A stretch of DNA of 64,000 nt from the NCBI GenBank assembly GCA_946965045.2, contig OX337229.1:310001-374000 (forward strand). Reading direction: 5' to 3'. Below, piece by piece: positions 1-11,144 of the stretch; position 1 is the first letter of the stretch, and every line of letters starts with the position of its first letter. Source of the stretch: Epithemia pelagica (lineage: Eukaryota > Protista > Bacillariophyta). The notes under the pieces were generated by a model. The model worked only from the letters and a program-made list of their open reading frames with translations. It made no database searches and was not told the origin of the DNA. The position numbers and the translations under genes are program-made.

Positions 1-1044
1 CGACGTGGACGACGTTTGTCAAGAAATTCACGATGCCTGCAAAGGCTTTGGGACCGACGAAGAGTACGTTCTTTAAGGACCAGATGCTGCTGCAAGTTCT
101 TCTTCAAAGTTGCTCACAATGTTCATATTTATTTGTGTCTATTCTAATTCGTATTCTTGTTTGTCTACAGTCGTTTGCTCACGGCCATGGGTGGCATGAC
201 GCCGGACATGCGAACCAAGGTGCCGTTGCGGTACAAGGAATTGTATGGCGATACCAAGGAATTGAAAAAGATTATGAAATCGGAATGTGGGAGTCGCGAT
301 TTTGGTACGGCCTTGCAATTGTTGGCCGTGCCCCCGCATGTGGCGGAATGTGACATGATTGCCTTGGCCTGCAAGGGCCTGGGGACGAATGAAAAACTGC
401 TGAGTTCGATTTTACTTGGACGGACCAATGCCGAATTGGAATTGTTGAAAAAGACATACTTTGACTTGCATACCAGTGATTTGGGACGCGATTTGGACAA
501 GGAATTGGGCGGCCATTACGAACAATTGATCGTCAATGTCCTGCAAGCCAGTGAAAAAGACTACGATCCCGAATACCATACGGAAGACAAGGCCAAGGAA
601 GATGCCGAATCCTTGTACCAAATGGGACAAGGCAAATGGGGGACCAATGAAAAGGGATTGTTCAAACTCTTGTGTAGCATGCCACCGGAATACTTTGCCA
701 CGGTCAATCAAGTCTATGCCACAGAATATGGCTATACCCTTCCCAAGGTGATGGAAAAGGAATTTGGTGGCGACGTCCAATGGGCCGCCCTCTTTTTGGT
801 TCAATTCAAATTGAAACCGCACGAGACAGTGGCCAACTTGATTCACGAAGCCTGCAAAGGCTTTGGTACCAACGAATTGCTCTTGACCGTCACCTTGATT
901 CGATACCAAGCCATTTTGAAGGATGTCCAGACGGCCTATGTCGAAAAATATGGCAAAACCTTGCCAGAGGTTATTACCAGTGAAACCGGGGGCGATTATC
1001 GAAAGATTTTACTGCAAATTGTCGCCACGGCCGAGGAACTCTAG
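1..1044 (+). CDS. Annexin, 5' end outside window; exon <1-63, intron 64-170, exon 171-1044
   Basis: Four annexin repeats with type II Ca-binding motifs KGFGTD, KGLGTN, GKWGTN, KGFGTN. Splicing GA|gtacgt...ctaat...ctacag|T joins DACKGFGTDE-D-RLL in frame. Confidence 0.95.
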
Positions 1045-1394
1045 AAATCAACAAAAGGACTACCTAGTGTCGTCCATCGTACGGCAGAACCGACAAGACG
1101 TTGTGTATGTGTAATGATTCACAGGGGTCTACCAAGAAGAAGCATGTGTGTGTGTATTGGATGGACTGGTCTTTTTCTCGTTTCTTTCGGCATGACATTG
1201 TGAACTAGAAACCACAACGTATCGATAAAAGTATATAGAAACAAGCGGTATTTTATCAGCGTATCAATACAAACTGTATGCCCGAGTACAACTAGCCGAC
1301 TCAGCTAGTAGTCTGTGACGTTCCCTTCCCTTTGAATCACATTTTGCTCTAATACGACAAGGTCAATCCTTTGCCATCTACCGTATTTACGGTA

Positions 1395-3458
1395 TTACAC
1401 CTTCTTTTTCTTGGTTGACGGAGTGTTTGCATTGGCAGTCTCTTCCAGGAGCCATTGTCGAACCGTTTCATGGATATAGGTTCGGGCCGCTACAATGGGA
1501 GGACGGTCCGTCGGTAGGGACGCATGAGTCCAAAAATGATGACTGGCACCCGGAATCATAATGGAGGGAAGCGACTCCTTCGTTCTCGTTTCTGTTGAAC
1601 GACGACGACGACGAGACCGACGATGACTGTCTGATGGTTCCTCCCATTTCGTCGTACCATCCAGCAACATGTCATGCGTCGTGACGGTTGTGTTGTTAGG
1701 AAAAAGTGCCAATTCACTCCAGGGATCCACTTGTCCATTCAGGGACAGGATCCGCGTCGAATCCGTCCCAAACTCCCGTCCCCCATAATAGTCCCTGGTT
1801 TCTTGCACGGCCGCCTGAACTTGAAAGGCCGTCAGACCAAAGGCCACCTGGCACAGTTGCAAATCTTGCGTCACCACATGCCATCCTCGGGCAAAGGGAC
1901 AGGCCTTATTATGGTTGAGGGGACAGGTTTGATAAAAGCCAAATTCCGTGCATGTTTGCCACAACCACGATCGAAAGCCATTGGTTTTGTGCGTCAAGGC
2001 AGTATCTTGAATTTGATCCAGGACGGCTTGCCAACTCACATTGATACAGGTATCATGGTCGTCGTCACTATCCGTGTCATTCGTGGGACGCTGCTCCAAT
2101 CGCCACATTTCATTCGCCAAGTGTTGCACATGTTGCCATGCCTTGCGGTTGGGATATTGTTGGATCTGCGTTTCGAGAAAGTGACATTTGTGGGCAATGT
2201 TGCACAATTCGTGTTTGGTACAGGCTGGATCATTTTCTTGAGTGCCGATCGAAACGACACCGTCCCCCATAAAGACGGCGACATTGGCGTAGACGCGACG
2301 ATAGGGATTGTCGTCCACCACCATTGTCGTATCCACTGGGTTGGGCCGGAAAATGGTACTGGCATTGCACAAGTGAAAGCGTTGAGCCATGGCGGTCCAT
2401 TGGTCCACAATGGTGGGATGTCGAACGGGCGACACGGAAAAGAGCCGGGCCAATTGCTCATGTCCTTGTTGAATCACGTTCCAGCAGGTGGGAGACCCAC
2501 CAATTCCATGGTCGCTACTATTCAACACAGTGCCCACATGGCGATTGTATTGCCAAAAGTCCAATTCGGGTTGGACCGGCGCCGAGGACGATACCGCGCC
2601 ATGGACCAAATGGGGCAGTTGCCATCGACTCCAGGCAGCCAACATGCCGGGATACGAGCCACCAAATGTGATCCACACCCACGACGAATCATCATCGTCC
2701 TCTTCTGGGTGTCGCGAGGGAATGGTGGCAATGAAATGACCAATATCCGCCAAGGCTTGACGGGAGGACAAATACACCAAATTCCGAGTCGCCAGGGGAG
2801 AGGATGTGTTGTGGTTGTTGTTATTATCATCATGATCATCAAAGTGAGGATAGGAATCACCATAATAGCGATGTTCCAGAGCAAACAAGTGAATGTTGGT
2901 GGTCACAACTGTGGAGCCTGCTCCGTGCTGTGGTTGTGGTTGTTCTTGAAAGAGTGTTTGGGCCAATTCAATCATGTCTCCGGTACAATGGACACTATCG
3001 ACCAAGACGGATGGATCGAGGGGTGGTCCTTCACCACCCACACACAAGAAGGCATAATTGCGTACCGTGCCATTGTTCGGGTGGTTGTGGTTGGCAGTGG
3101 GATGCACAAAGCGATTGGAATAAAAATAGCGTTGATCAAAGGTACGTCCATCGCTCAATCGAAAATGATCCAATCGTTGCGGAAAATACAAGGTTTGAAC
3201 ATGGTTCGTGTGTTCTTGTTGTTGTTGTATGAACCTTGAGGAGCGGGGTGGTGGCACATTGATCCAATCCACAAACCGACGAGGGGGGCGAGACTGATGG
3301 TCTTGACGACGTGGATTCGGGGACTGAGTGGATTCCTCCAACGACACAAAAGAGGATGATGATGATGATGCCACCACAAGGTGAATGACATACGAAACCA
3401 CAACAGCCAACCAACACAAGAGCGATGGCTTGTTCATTCGTGGCATGACTCTTGCCAT
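1395..3458 (-). CDS. Secreted serine peptidase family S28 (thymus-specific serine protease / Pro-X carboxypeptidase-like)
   Basis: QRLDHF, GGEGP, LEHRYYGDS, LSSRQALAD, nucleophile TFGGSYPG, SSAPV, WLWQTCTEFGFYQTC, NGQVDPW and GASH motifs; N-terminal hydrophobic segment. The track start at 3554 is TTG, so the ATG at 3458 was chosen (an upstream ATG at 3536 is possible). Confidence 0.92.
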   Translation of the reverse strand: MARVMPRMNKPSLLCWLAVVVSYVIHLVVASSSSSSFVSLEESTQSPNPRRQDHQSRPPRRFVDWINVPPPRSSRFIQQQQEHTNHVQTLYFPQRLDHFRLSDGRTFDQRYFYSNRFVHPTANHNHPNNGTVRNYAFLCVGGEGPPLDPSVLVDSVHCTGDMIELAQTLFQEQPQPQHGAGSTVVTTNIHLFALEHRYYGDSYPHFDDHDDNNNNHNTSSPLATRNLVYLSSRQALADIGHFIATIPSRHPEEDDDDSSWVWITFGGSYPGMLAAWSRWQLPHLVHGAVSSSAPVQPELDFWQYNRHVGTVLNSSDHGIGGSPTCWNVIQQGHEQLARLFSVSPVRHPTIVDQWTAMAQRFHLCNASTIFRPNPVDTTMVVDDNPYRRVYANVAVFMGDGVVSIGTQENDPACTKHELCNIAHKCHFLETQIQQYPNRKAWQHVQHLANEMWRLEQRPTNDTDSDDDHDTCINVSWQAVLDQIQDTALTHKTNGFRSWLWQTCTEFGFYQTCPLNHNKACPFARGWHVVTQDLQLCQVAFGLTAFQVQAAVQETRDYYGGREFGTDSTRILSLNGQVDPWSELALFPNNTTVTTHDMLLDGTTKWEEPSDSHRRSRRRRRSTETRTKESLPSIMIPGASHHFWTHASLPTDRPPIVAARTYIHETVRQWLLEETANANTPSTKKKKV

Positions 3459-4047
3459 TCTTAGACAGTTTTGGTTCGAATGGATCCTTTGTTGATACTC
3501 GTATGCGTAAGTACAATACCCTACAAGCTTGTACATACAAGTTGGGTCAGACAATCCAAACGATCTCTCGACACCACTCAGCCGACTGTCAGCAACTCAG
3601 CAATGGAACCCGGTGAAGAGAGATGAATAACAATGGCCAAAAAAAGGTCCATTCTTTTCAGCGACTAATGAGCTTTTCTCGGTCGCCCTCTTCGAGCCTG
3701 GTCGCGGAAAGACCGACGCATGCCAGACATGTCTACAGTAGTAAAAGTACTCGGATACTGGTAGAGATATTATGACAATGACAATGACCCCTACCTACCA
3801 AATTGCGACACAATAGTTTGGAGCAGCCGAGACGCCACAGATCCCCCTCTCAAAATTCAAAATCCATGACATCAATCTCCGTGTTGGAACGAATACATGG
3901 CAACTGGCAACACAAATCCGCCGAGACGACAAGCAGAAGAATCGAGCACCCCCACGAAATTCATTCGTCCAACATTGAACAAAAGGCACCCTTCAATTAC
4001 CATTCCAACGAATCAGCCGCCAATCCGAGTTGTCATTCACGCACGAC

Positions 4048-5826
4048 ATGATCACGTCTCGCAAGGTATCTCCCCTGGCCTTTTGCCTCACCTTGGTGGC
4101 ATGTTGCGCCCTTCAATTGGGAATCAGTCTGCAATGGATGACAAGCTCGATGCAAGACCAAGATGATTTGTGGATACTCACAACAACAACACTCGCCAGA
4201 CCAGACACCTTTCCACTACCATCCGCACGGTCACAAGGCGTCGTACTGGATGTCTTGAGTGTTCAAACCGATTCTTCTTCGTCGTCGTCCTCCTCGTCGT
4301 CGTTTTCGGCCAATTTGCTACAAGCTCAACACGACACCTGGGGCTCACACCCGGCCGTTCGAACCTTTCAAACCGCCACGTACAAGGACGATGCCGAACG
4401 CCATTGCACGTCCAATCTAACTTTGTTTCATGTCCGAAACGTGGCCGATCGTTGTCAATCGGGACATCGACACGTCCATTTTCCGCACTTGTACAAACTC
4501 GGTAAACTCTTTCCCTCCTTTGCCGAATTGCACGAATCCCATGCCAATCCCATGGAATGGATGTGTGCGCAAAAACGACCCGTCCATGGATTGTATCGCA
4601 TGCTCCAACAACATTATCGCTATCAACCCTTTGAGGATGCCTCCTCGCCAAGAACATTCTGGTTCTCATGGTTGTTTTCATTTCTTTCGATACGACAACC
4701 AACAGCAACAAACTATGACCCTTCGAGCTTGCCCGATTATCTCATCTTGGTAAAAGATGACACCTATCTCAATCTTGATCAAATAGAGCCGCATCTTCGT
4801 CGTGGGGTACACCCATTATTGTCGACCGCAACGGCTCCCCTCCAGGCGGGCTGTCTGACCACCCGCCGCAGAACCATCACCTCCACGACCCGAACGTACC
4901 TTCGACAGACGAATACTACTACGATGAGTAGTGGCGAACAGCCAGTGACCACCATCACCACAACTACTACAGCCACAATTTCCATGACACATCCGCATTC
5001 AGGATTTGGAATCTTTTGGCCTCGTATCGCGTTGGAACGACTGATGCAACCCTTGCACTGTGATCGTTTCACTTTTACTAGCAGCAGCAGTCCCAAAGCG
5101 AGCAGCCTCTTGCGGCATGACACAACTGTCAAACAGCAGCAGCAACCACAAGACGACGACAACAACATTAACGACAAGGACATGGAGGAATTTGTTCAAG
5201 AGGCGTGTTGGCGTGTGTCCCAAAACAAGATTGGTGAAGGCACCGTCTTTCAAACTGGCATGAGTTTGATGGATCTCCTGCAAGCCCTTGCGGCCGAGTC
5301 ACACTATAACGGGGTCAACCAATGGGGCGATCGTCCTGGATTTTGGTACGTCTCTCTGTGTGTGTGTTTCTGTGTGTGCAGAACCGCGTTTCTACTACCT
5401 ATGTCTGACAGGTCCGTTTCCTCTCTTCGTTGTGTGTCTTTTCACAGCTTTGAGAGTGACCTATTGTGGGCCTATTTTGTGCGGTATTATCGCATCTCTC
5501 CCCTACTACACAGGCAAGGTCCCAATGCCACCCATGCCAAACCACGTGACACGGAAAATCTCGACAACGAGGCAGAGGACAACGCAACAACAACCACAAC
5601 TCCAAGCGGCTATTCTCATCATGGATGGCTCCAATACCCCGACCCCAAACACGATTCTTCTTCTTCTTCTTCTTCTTCTTCTTCGTGTGCGCATTCGGGA
5701 ACCAATTATGCCTGTTCCATGACGGATCCCATTTGTCATGGCCTCGACGCTCCCCATATGCGATATTTGTATGAGAATTGGAATGCCGTGGTTCGATCTG
5801 CAACCACCACCAGCACACCACCATGA
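4048..5826 (+). CDS. Type II membrane protein, Fringe/GT31-like glycosyltransferase candidate (paralog 1); probable intron 5346-5447
   Basis: N-terminal anchor; blocks LDVLSV, WMCAQKRP, LPDYLILVKDDTYLN (resembles the GT31 DDDTY motif), ACWRVSQNKIGE. Intron TG|gtacgt...cacag|C restores GFCFESD, matching the paralog's SFCFSSN. The CDS is solid; the family call is inference. Confidence 0.7.
   Translation: MITSRKVSPLAFCLTLVACCALQLGISLQWMTSSMQDQDDLWILTTTTLARPDTFPLPSARSQGVVLDVLSVQTDSSSSSSSSSSFSANLLQAQHDTWGSHPAVRTFQTATYKDDAERHCTSNLTLFHVRNVADRCQSGHRHVHFPHLYKLGKLFPSFAELHESHANPMEWMCAQKRPVHGLYRMLQQHYRYQPFEDASSPRTFWFSWLFSFLSIRQPTATNYDPSSLPDYLILVKDDTYLNLDQIEPHLRRGVHPLLSTATAPLQAGCLTTRRRTITSTTRTYLRQTNTTTMSSGEQPVTTITTTTTATISMTHPHSGFGIFWPRIALERLMQPLHCDRFTFTSSSSPKASSLLRHDTTVKQQQQPQDDDNNINDKDMEEFVQEACWRVSQNKIGEGTVFQTGMSLMDLLQALAAESHYNGVNQWGDRPGFWYVSLCVCFCVCRTAFLLPMSDRSVSSLRCVSFHSFESDLLWAYFVRYYRISPLLHRQGPNATHAKPRDTENLDNEAEDNATTTTTPSGYSHHGWLQYPDPKHDSSSSSSSSSSCAHSGTNYACSMTDPICHGLDAPHMRYLYENWNAVVRSATTTSTPP
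5655..5684 (+). repeat. (TTC)10 microsatellite encoding poly-Ser
   Basis: Read directly from the sequence. Confidence 0.95.
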
Positions 5827-6558
5827 GACGACAACCAAAGGACACAGAACTGGACAAGGACTCGTGCTCACCAACACGGACCTTGACCCTCATTTCCTAT
5901 TGGTAGTACATTTTTGTATGGATCTGGAGGAACATGTTGTGATCTACGGTCGAGGATACCCACTTTAGTCCCGAGCAAGGAAGAACAGCACATGGTCGAA
6001 AAGAATTCCATACTCAAAGGAATCATTGAGGATCATTTCAAGCCCACCTACTACTCTAGAGCTAGCAGCTAGTAGAGAGCTTTGTTATCTCTCAAGTCTA
6101 CCAATCGATGGTTGGTTTGCCTTTGAATGGATGGAAATAGTTGGCTGCCCGAGAAAAGATGATGGGTAATCCTCCTAGCTGTCCCAACGGAAATCACCTC
6201 ATTTGAACTTCAATACGAGTATCAGTACGAATATAGGTAGTGTAGTCTTGCTGGCATTGTAGACTGTAGACTTGCCTGATAGGGAAGTCATTACGAGTAC
6301 CGCTGTATTCTTTGTAGTATTGCCTCTTTCTTCATACTATAGCCCGAACCACTCTCGTAATTCCGCGGCCCCCCAGATCCCACTCGGTTTCCAAAAAAGC
6401 AACTTTTTTCTCGTGTGTTGTTGACTGGAACCCTTGGGTCCTTGCCGGTTGCCCAAAGCCATGATGGATCATTCACCTCCTCGTTGGAAACCGAACCTTG
6501 GTGTAGGCGCCTCATTACAGTCGGACCACCACGAAGAAAAAAGGCATTCACCACCACC

Positions 6559-8274
6559 ATGACACCACCCTTGACCAAGAACCGACCACTGCACCTCTGT
6601 TTGGCCTTGGCCTGGATGTGTGGCATTCAAATCTTGGCCAGCGTTCATTTCTTGTCTCGCATCGGTCGAGGCGACGACGCGGCTCATACCAATGAGGCCT
6701 ATATATTGTCCATGCAATCTCGAACCACCTCTTCGGCCAACTCGTATCCTCCTTCAACAACTACTACAACGAGTACCGACTCGTGGCTTCCCACCCATTT
6801 ACAACGTTCCGACGAATCTACGAGTACGCAACCACTTGTACTGGACGTATTAAGTATAGGCAGTGTCTTTCGAACCGACTTGCATCGAACGCAACAAGAC
6901 TTGATGGGATCCCATGCATCGGTTCGCCATTGGCATGTGGCGACTGAAGAAGACGATGACGAATATCAATGCGATCAACGCTTGACCACAACTCATATTC
7001 GCGCCATTACAGACTACTGTCACGGCAGTGACAGCAGGAGCAGCCATTCATTGCTGTGGTACGACTTGGCCCAACTGTATCCAACCCATGACCAACTCGT
7101 CCAAGATACTACGAGGAATCCCATGGGATGGATGTGTGCGCAAAAACGTCCCACCGAAGGCTTGTACCAAATGATGCAACAAGTGTATCAGTATCAGCCA
7201 CGTTCTCCCCACCGATTGGCACGAACGCAGCCGCATCTCATCAATACAACGACTACCACAACAACTACCACCACAACCATAGCACTTCCCGATTATCTCG
7301 TGGTATTGGAGGCCGATACCTGGTTGAACATGGATCAATTCGTCCCGCTCTTGCAGCAACACCAACTTCAAGAACAACAGCAACAGCAACAACAACAAGC
7401 CTCATCTTCTTCTTCTTCATCCTCTTCATCCTCTTCTTCTTCTTCGAGCAGCAGCATGATGGCGGGTTGTTTGCAGTCCACCACCTTGTCAGATGGTACT
7501 CAGTTTGCCTTTCCACAAAGTGGCATGGGCATTGTCTTGAATCGCAAGGCCTTGGAAAAGTTGATGCAACCCTTGTATTGTCAAACGAATGGGGCCGTCC
7601 ACGAGGCGGAGGAGGAGGATTCGGTGGAGGATGGAACACGAATAGCAGTCATGGATCCCTGGTTTTCTCGCTTGGCCTGTTGGCGCTTGTCCCAAAATGC
7701 CATTGGGGAACAAGCCGTCTATCGTCCCGGCATGAGTCTGTTGGATCTCATGTACGCCCATGCGACCAACGCGCCATTGCAACAGGCGAGACAATGGAAC
7801 AAGAAGAACCACCATCAACAACAGTCCTCCTCCTTTTGTTTTTCCAGTAATGTGTATTGGGGATACATGCTGAGTTATTATCATGTCGCCTCCCGTCCTT
7901 CGTCGCCGGCCCCCACATCCACAAGAACAAGAACAACAACGACAAGCCTCGACACGTTGCACGAACATCGATGGAGCCTCTTGACATCCTCGTCGTCGTC
8001 GTTATCGACCATGCAACAAGAACGGGCAGAAACGATTGTTTCCCATTCGTCGTCTTTGGATGCCAACGATTCGACTGCCACTCCCAGACAACAAGCACAA
8101 CAACAACAACAAGAGGGGTTTTGTCCCAACCACAATGACAACAACAAGGACAAGACGGGCAATTATCAGTGCCTGGTACATACACCCGTGTGTCATGGCA
8201 TTACCGCCCCTCATATGCACTATCTCCATGACAATTGGCAACAACTGGTGCAACGCCATGGCCGCCAATCCTAG
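6559..8274 (+). CDS. Tandem paralog 2 of the Fringe/GT31-like protein, intronless
   Basis: Same ordered blocks as 4048-5826: LDVLSIGS, WMCAQKRP, LPDYLVVLEADTWLN, LMQPLYC, ACWRLSQNAIGE, CHGITAPHMHYL. Confidence 0.7.
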   Translation: MTPPLTKNRPLHLCLALAWMCGIQILASVHFLSRIGRGDDAAHTNEAYILSMQSRTTSSANSYPPSTTTTTSTDSWLPTHLQRSDESTSTQPLVLDVLSIGSVFRTDLHRTQQDLMGSHASVRHWHVATEEDDDEYQCDQRLTTTHIRAITDYCHGSDSRSSHSLLWYDLAQLYPTHDQLVQDTTRNPMGWMCAQKRPTEGLYQMMQQVYQYQPRSPHRLARTQPHLINTTTTTTTTTTTIALPDYLVVLEADTWLNMDQFVPLLQQHQLQEQQQQQQQQASSSSSSSSSSSSSSSSSSMMAGCLQSTTLSDGTQFAFPQSGMGIVLNRKALEKLMQPLYCQTNGAVHEAEEEDSVEDGTRIAVMDPWFSRLACWRLSQNAIGEQAVYRPGMSLLDLMYAHATNAPLQQARQWNKKNHHQQQSSSFCFSSNVYWGYMLSYYHVASRPSSPAPTSTRTRTTTTSLDTLHEHRWSLLTSSSSSLSTMQQERAETIVSHSSSLDANDSTATPRQQAQQQQQEGFCPNHNDNNKDKTGNYQCLVHTPVCHGITAPHMHYLHDNWQQLVQRHGRQS

Positions 8275-9217
8275 AAGAAACCGCACATGGTATGTGGTAC
8301 TAGCTTGAGCTGGAGGGAACAACAGCCTAACACTCACTGCGAGTGACGCGCAACCTGTATACCTACCTACCGAGTAACTACTCCTAGAGGTATTTCGCGC
8401 TCCAATGAAGCAACAAAAAGACCAACAAGACACTTTTATAGGAGTGGAATAGACCCAGTATATCCCTTTCTAGGTGGATTTTATGATTTTTTCTACTCCT
8501 TGGGTGGTGATCGGCGCTTTTTAGGAGTGGTAGTGAGAGCAATTCATGTCATGATCCAACTACCCCGACCCTGCTCCTGGCGGGATCACACATCATCACC
8601 CAAAGACACGCCATGGACAGCCGGTCTCTCGGGTCCAAGGCCACCGACACGGAACACACACGAAAAAGACACACCCCACAGACAACAGCCGTCGTGTCTG
8701 GTGTCTTTGTGTTCTTTGCGTGACTGGGTCAGAAGTCGGCGAATGGTTCTGCTCAGCAGGAGGAGCGTGAGAACATGAGAACAGCACAGACAGACCCATC
8801 TGTGCTCCATCAAGCCAATCTGTCTGAAGCAATAGAGGCGTAATAGGGACATGGCCTTCTCCAAATTTGCATGCAAGACGATACTACTGGAAAAAGAATT
8901 CATACATGCCTGCTATATGCTACACCAATGCGATCCAACAAAAGGACTGCTGGAACGATGGCAACTTATGAACAAGAGAGCTCGTCGTTTGGGTTGGACT
9001 AATGTACTTTTTTATTTGGTTAAAAATAAAGGCTAGTTCGAGACAATGATTCCCCCCTGACCAAATCAATCGCCCTGGGGGGTTGTAGTTGATATTGTAT
9101 AGCAGAAGTATTGGTAGAGCTCCATTCGCTGTAGGCTAGCGTGTGTCTTGTCGAATTTCCTGTGGTAGCAGCAGGGTTCCGTGCGCACAACAACAACAAC
9201 AACAATTGGGAGTGTGT

Positions 9218-9626
9218 TTACTCGGTATCACAGTCGGTAGCACTCAACAAGCTCAAGGTCCTTCCTTCACCAGGGTTGGGCAAGCCTCCTTGCATGTGCC
9301 AGACACCGTCGTATTCGGTCTTGTATCCGGTCGCCATGCTGCATTCTTCGGCGTCGCATTCCAAAATAGACACTTGAGCGGCATCGTGCATGTGTTGGAC
9401 CAAATCTTGAACGTCCGAAGGATCTGTCATTCAAAAAGGAGAACAACAAGGAACCACTGTCAGTAAACTGGGTCCATGGTGGCGCACCGTGTACCGTCCA
9501 TTTCTCGTCGTACGTACCAATCAAAAAGGCGGCCGTCTTGGACGCACGAGGTGCAAAGGCGGTGGGAGCAAAGGCATTGGCCATTTGCAAAAGAGCAGCA
9601 AGAGTAACCATGGAAAAGACCTTCAT
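9218..9626 (-). CDS. Small (104 aa) predicted plastid-targeted protein of unknown function; exons 9626-9518 and 9423-9218
   Basis: MKVFSMVTLAALLQMANA-FAPTAFAPR is a textbook ASAFAP-type presequence. The 94-nt intron g|gtacgt...gacag|at joins it in frame to the acidic ORF 9218-9430 (DPSDVQDLVQHMHDAAQVSILECDAEEC...). Confidence 0.75.
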
Positions 9627-11144
9627 GATGTTGTAGGGATAGATTTGGATGATAGAAGAGAAAAGATAGAACGAGGCAACGGTTGTTGGCGTTTGAACTT
9701 TTGGTCGAGTCAAAATTTGTGTTCTCAAAAGAGTGTGGCTTGATGTTTGTAGCGAGCGGAGGAGGAGAGAAGAAACAGGAAGAAGGGACACGGAATTTGG
9801 GTCACCGAAAGACACTCCTCCAGACTGTCTTGGGCGGCTTGTCGAGTACTCCATGGAACATTTGACTGGGCGCAATCAGTAGGCTTGCGTCAGCATCGTC
9901 AGAAGGCCAAATTCCGATCTTGCAACGTCAGTTCGACAACCCAATGGCCAGACTTCCAAATGCGACCGGACAGTATCCGAGACGTTCACTCACCTCAAGA
10001 GAGAAGTCTTGCTTCACGATTGATTCCCATACCTGACGTCATATCGCGCTTCTCATGCCAACCGTTATATCCGGGATGGATCTTGTCCCCCAGATCCAAC
10101 TGTTCGATTTCAAAAAAGATCCTCGAAAGCTGCATCCGTCGTGTCTGAGCCATGGAGAGCGAGAAGAGCGGAGTTCCCTGCACGTTCTTTCTTCATCTGC
10201 TTGCGGCACGTCTTTGTGAAGGACCATCATCATCATGGGATACACATGGTTGGGTTTGTTATTTGTTCCTTCCATTGGTCCATCTTTCCTCGCAAGTTCC
10301 ATACAACATCTTGCCATATCCTGTGGAAGGGTTGTTCTTTCTCTCTCGGACGCACCTTCTTTCAACCTCCTTCTTTATGTGCTTGGGAATAATGAAGTGA
10401 AGGTGGTCGTAGAGATTTGGAGCGAGCATACAAGAGGTGGATCCATGATGATCCCGCCGTTAGCGTTTTTGGTTTCTTTCTCGTCAAACTACCCATGCGT
10501 CTCGCCTACAATCTATCTAGTAGCTAACTATTGCGCAATCCGTCCACTGACTTGGTCACGCCCTAATATTCAATCGGCTTTACTTGCAACAAGAGTTGAG
10601 AGACACACAAACCAATAGGAGTACGAGTATGCATCGATTCCAACATGAAATCCAACGGTGCTGGAGAAATAGGGATGAGGGCAATCCATCGATCCACCTC
10701 AAAAAGTGACCAAGAAGATGGCCCAACCTTGGCTTCTCCTTGTATCAACGGGCAAGAGTGTGATGAATGGCTTACTACTTACTATAGGTTCCATTTACTA
10801 GAGGAGTAAGAAGTACTCCTAGATTGGGAGCGGATCGAACACAGCTTTTCTTGAGATTCCGGTAGATTGTATCGCGGAAAATATGTGTGACACCGCCCAC
10901 ATCCATACAACCACAAAACGTGCAAGAATTTTTTTGCCAGCATTAATAGAGCAGGTCTCCTCCACATGACAACAAAACAAGGTTTGGTTCGACGATTGTC
11001 TCGTGTCTGGGATTTCCAGAGTGTCCTCCTGTTTGTGTAATAGAGGCTTCGTGGTTCCTTTCGTTTCTGGTACAAAATTCGGCATGAACGAAATGCAACA
11101 ACACTAACAACCAACTACCTATATATCAAAAAGTCAACAACACC

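Noticed and set aside
1674-3239. 521-aa plus-strand ORF, and similar long antisense/overlapping ORFs (35263-36252, 35559-36398, 37092-38033, 38379-39149, 46019-46816, 49488-50324)
   Set aside because: Shadow frames of well-supported genes; no motifs, and explained by codon bias and repeat-rich coding DNA.
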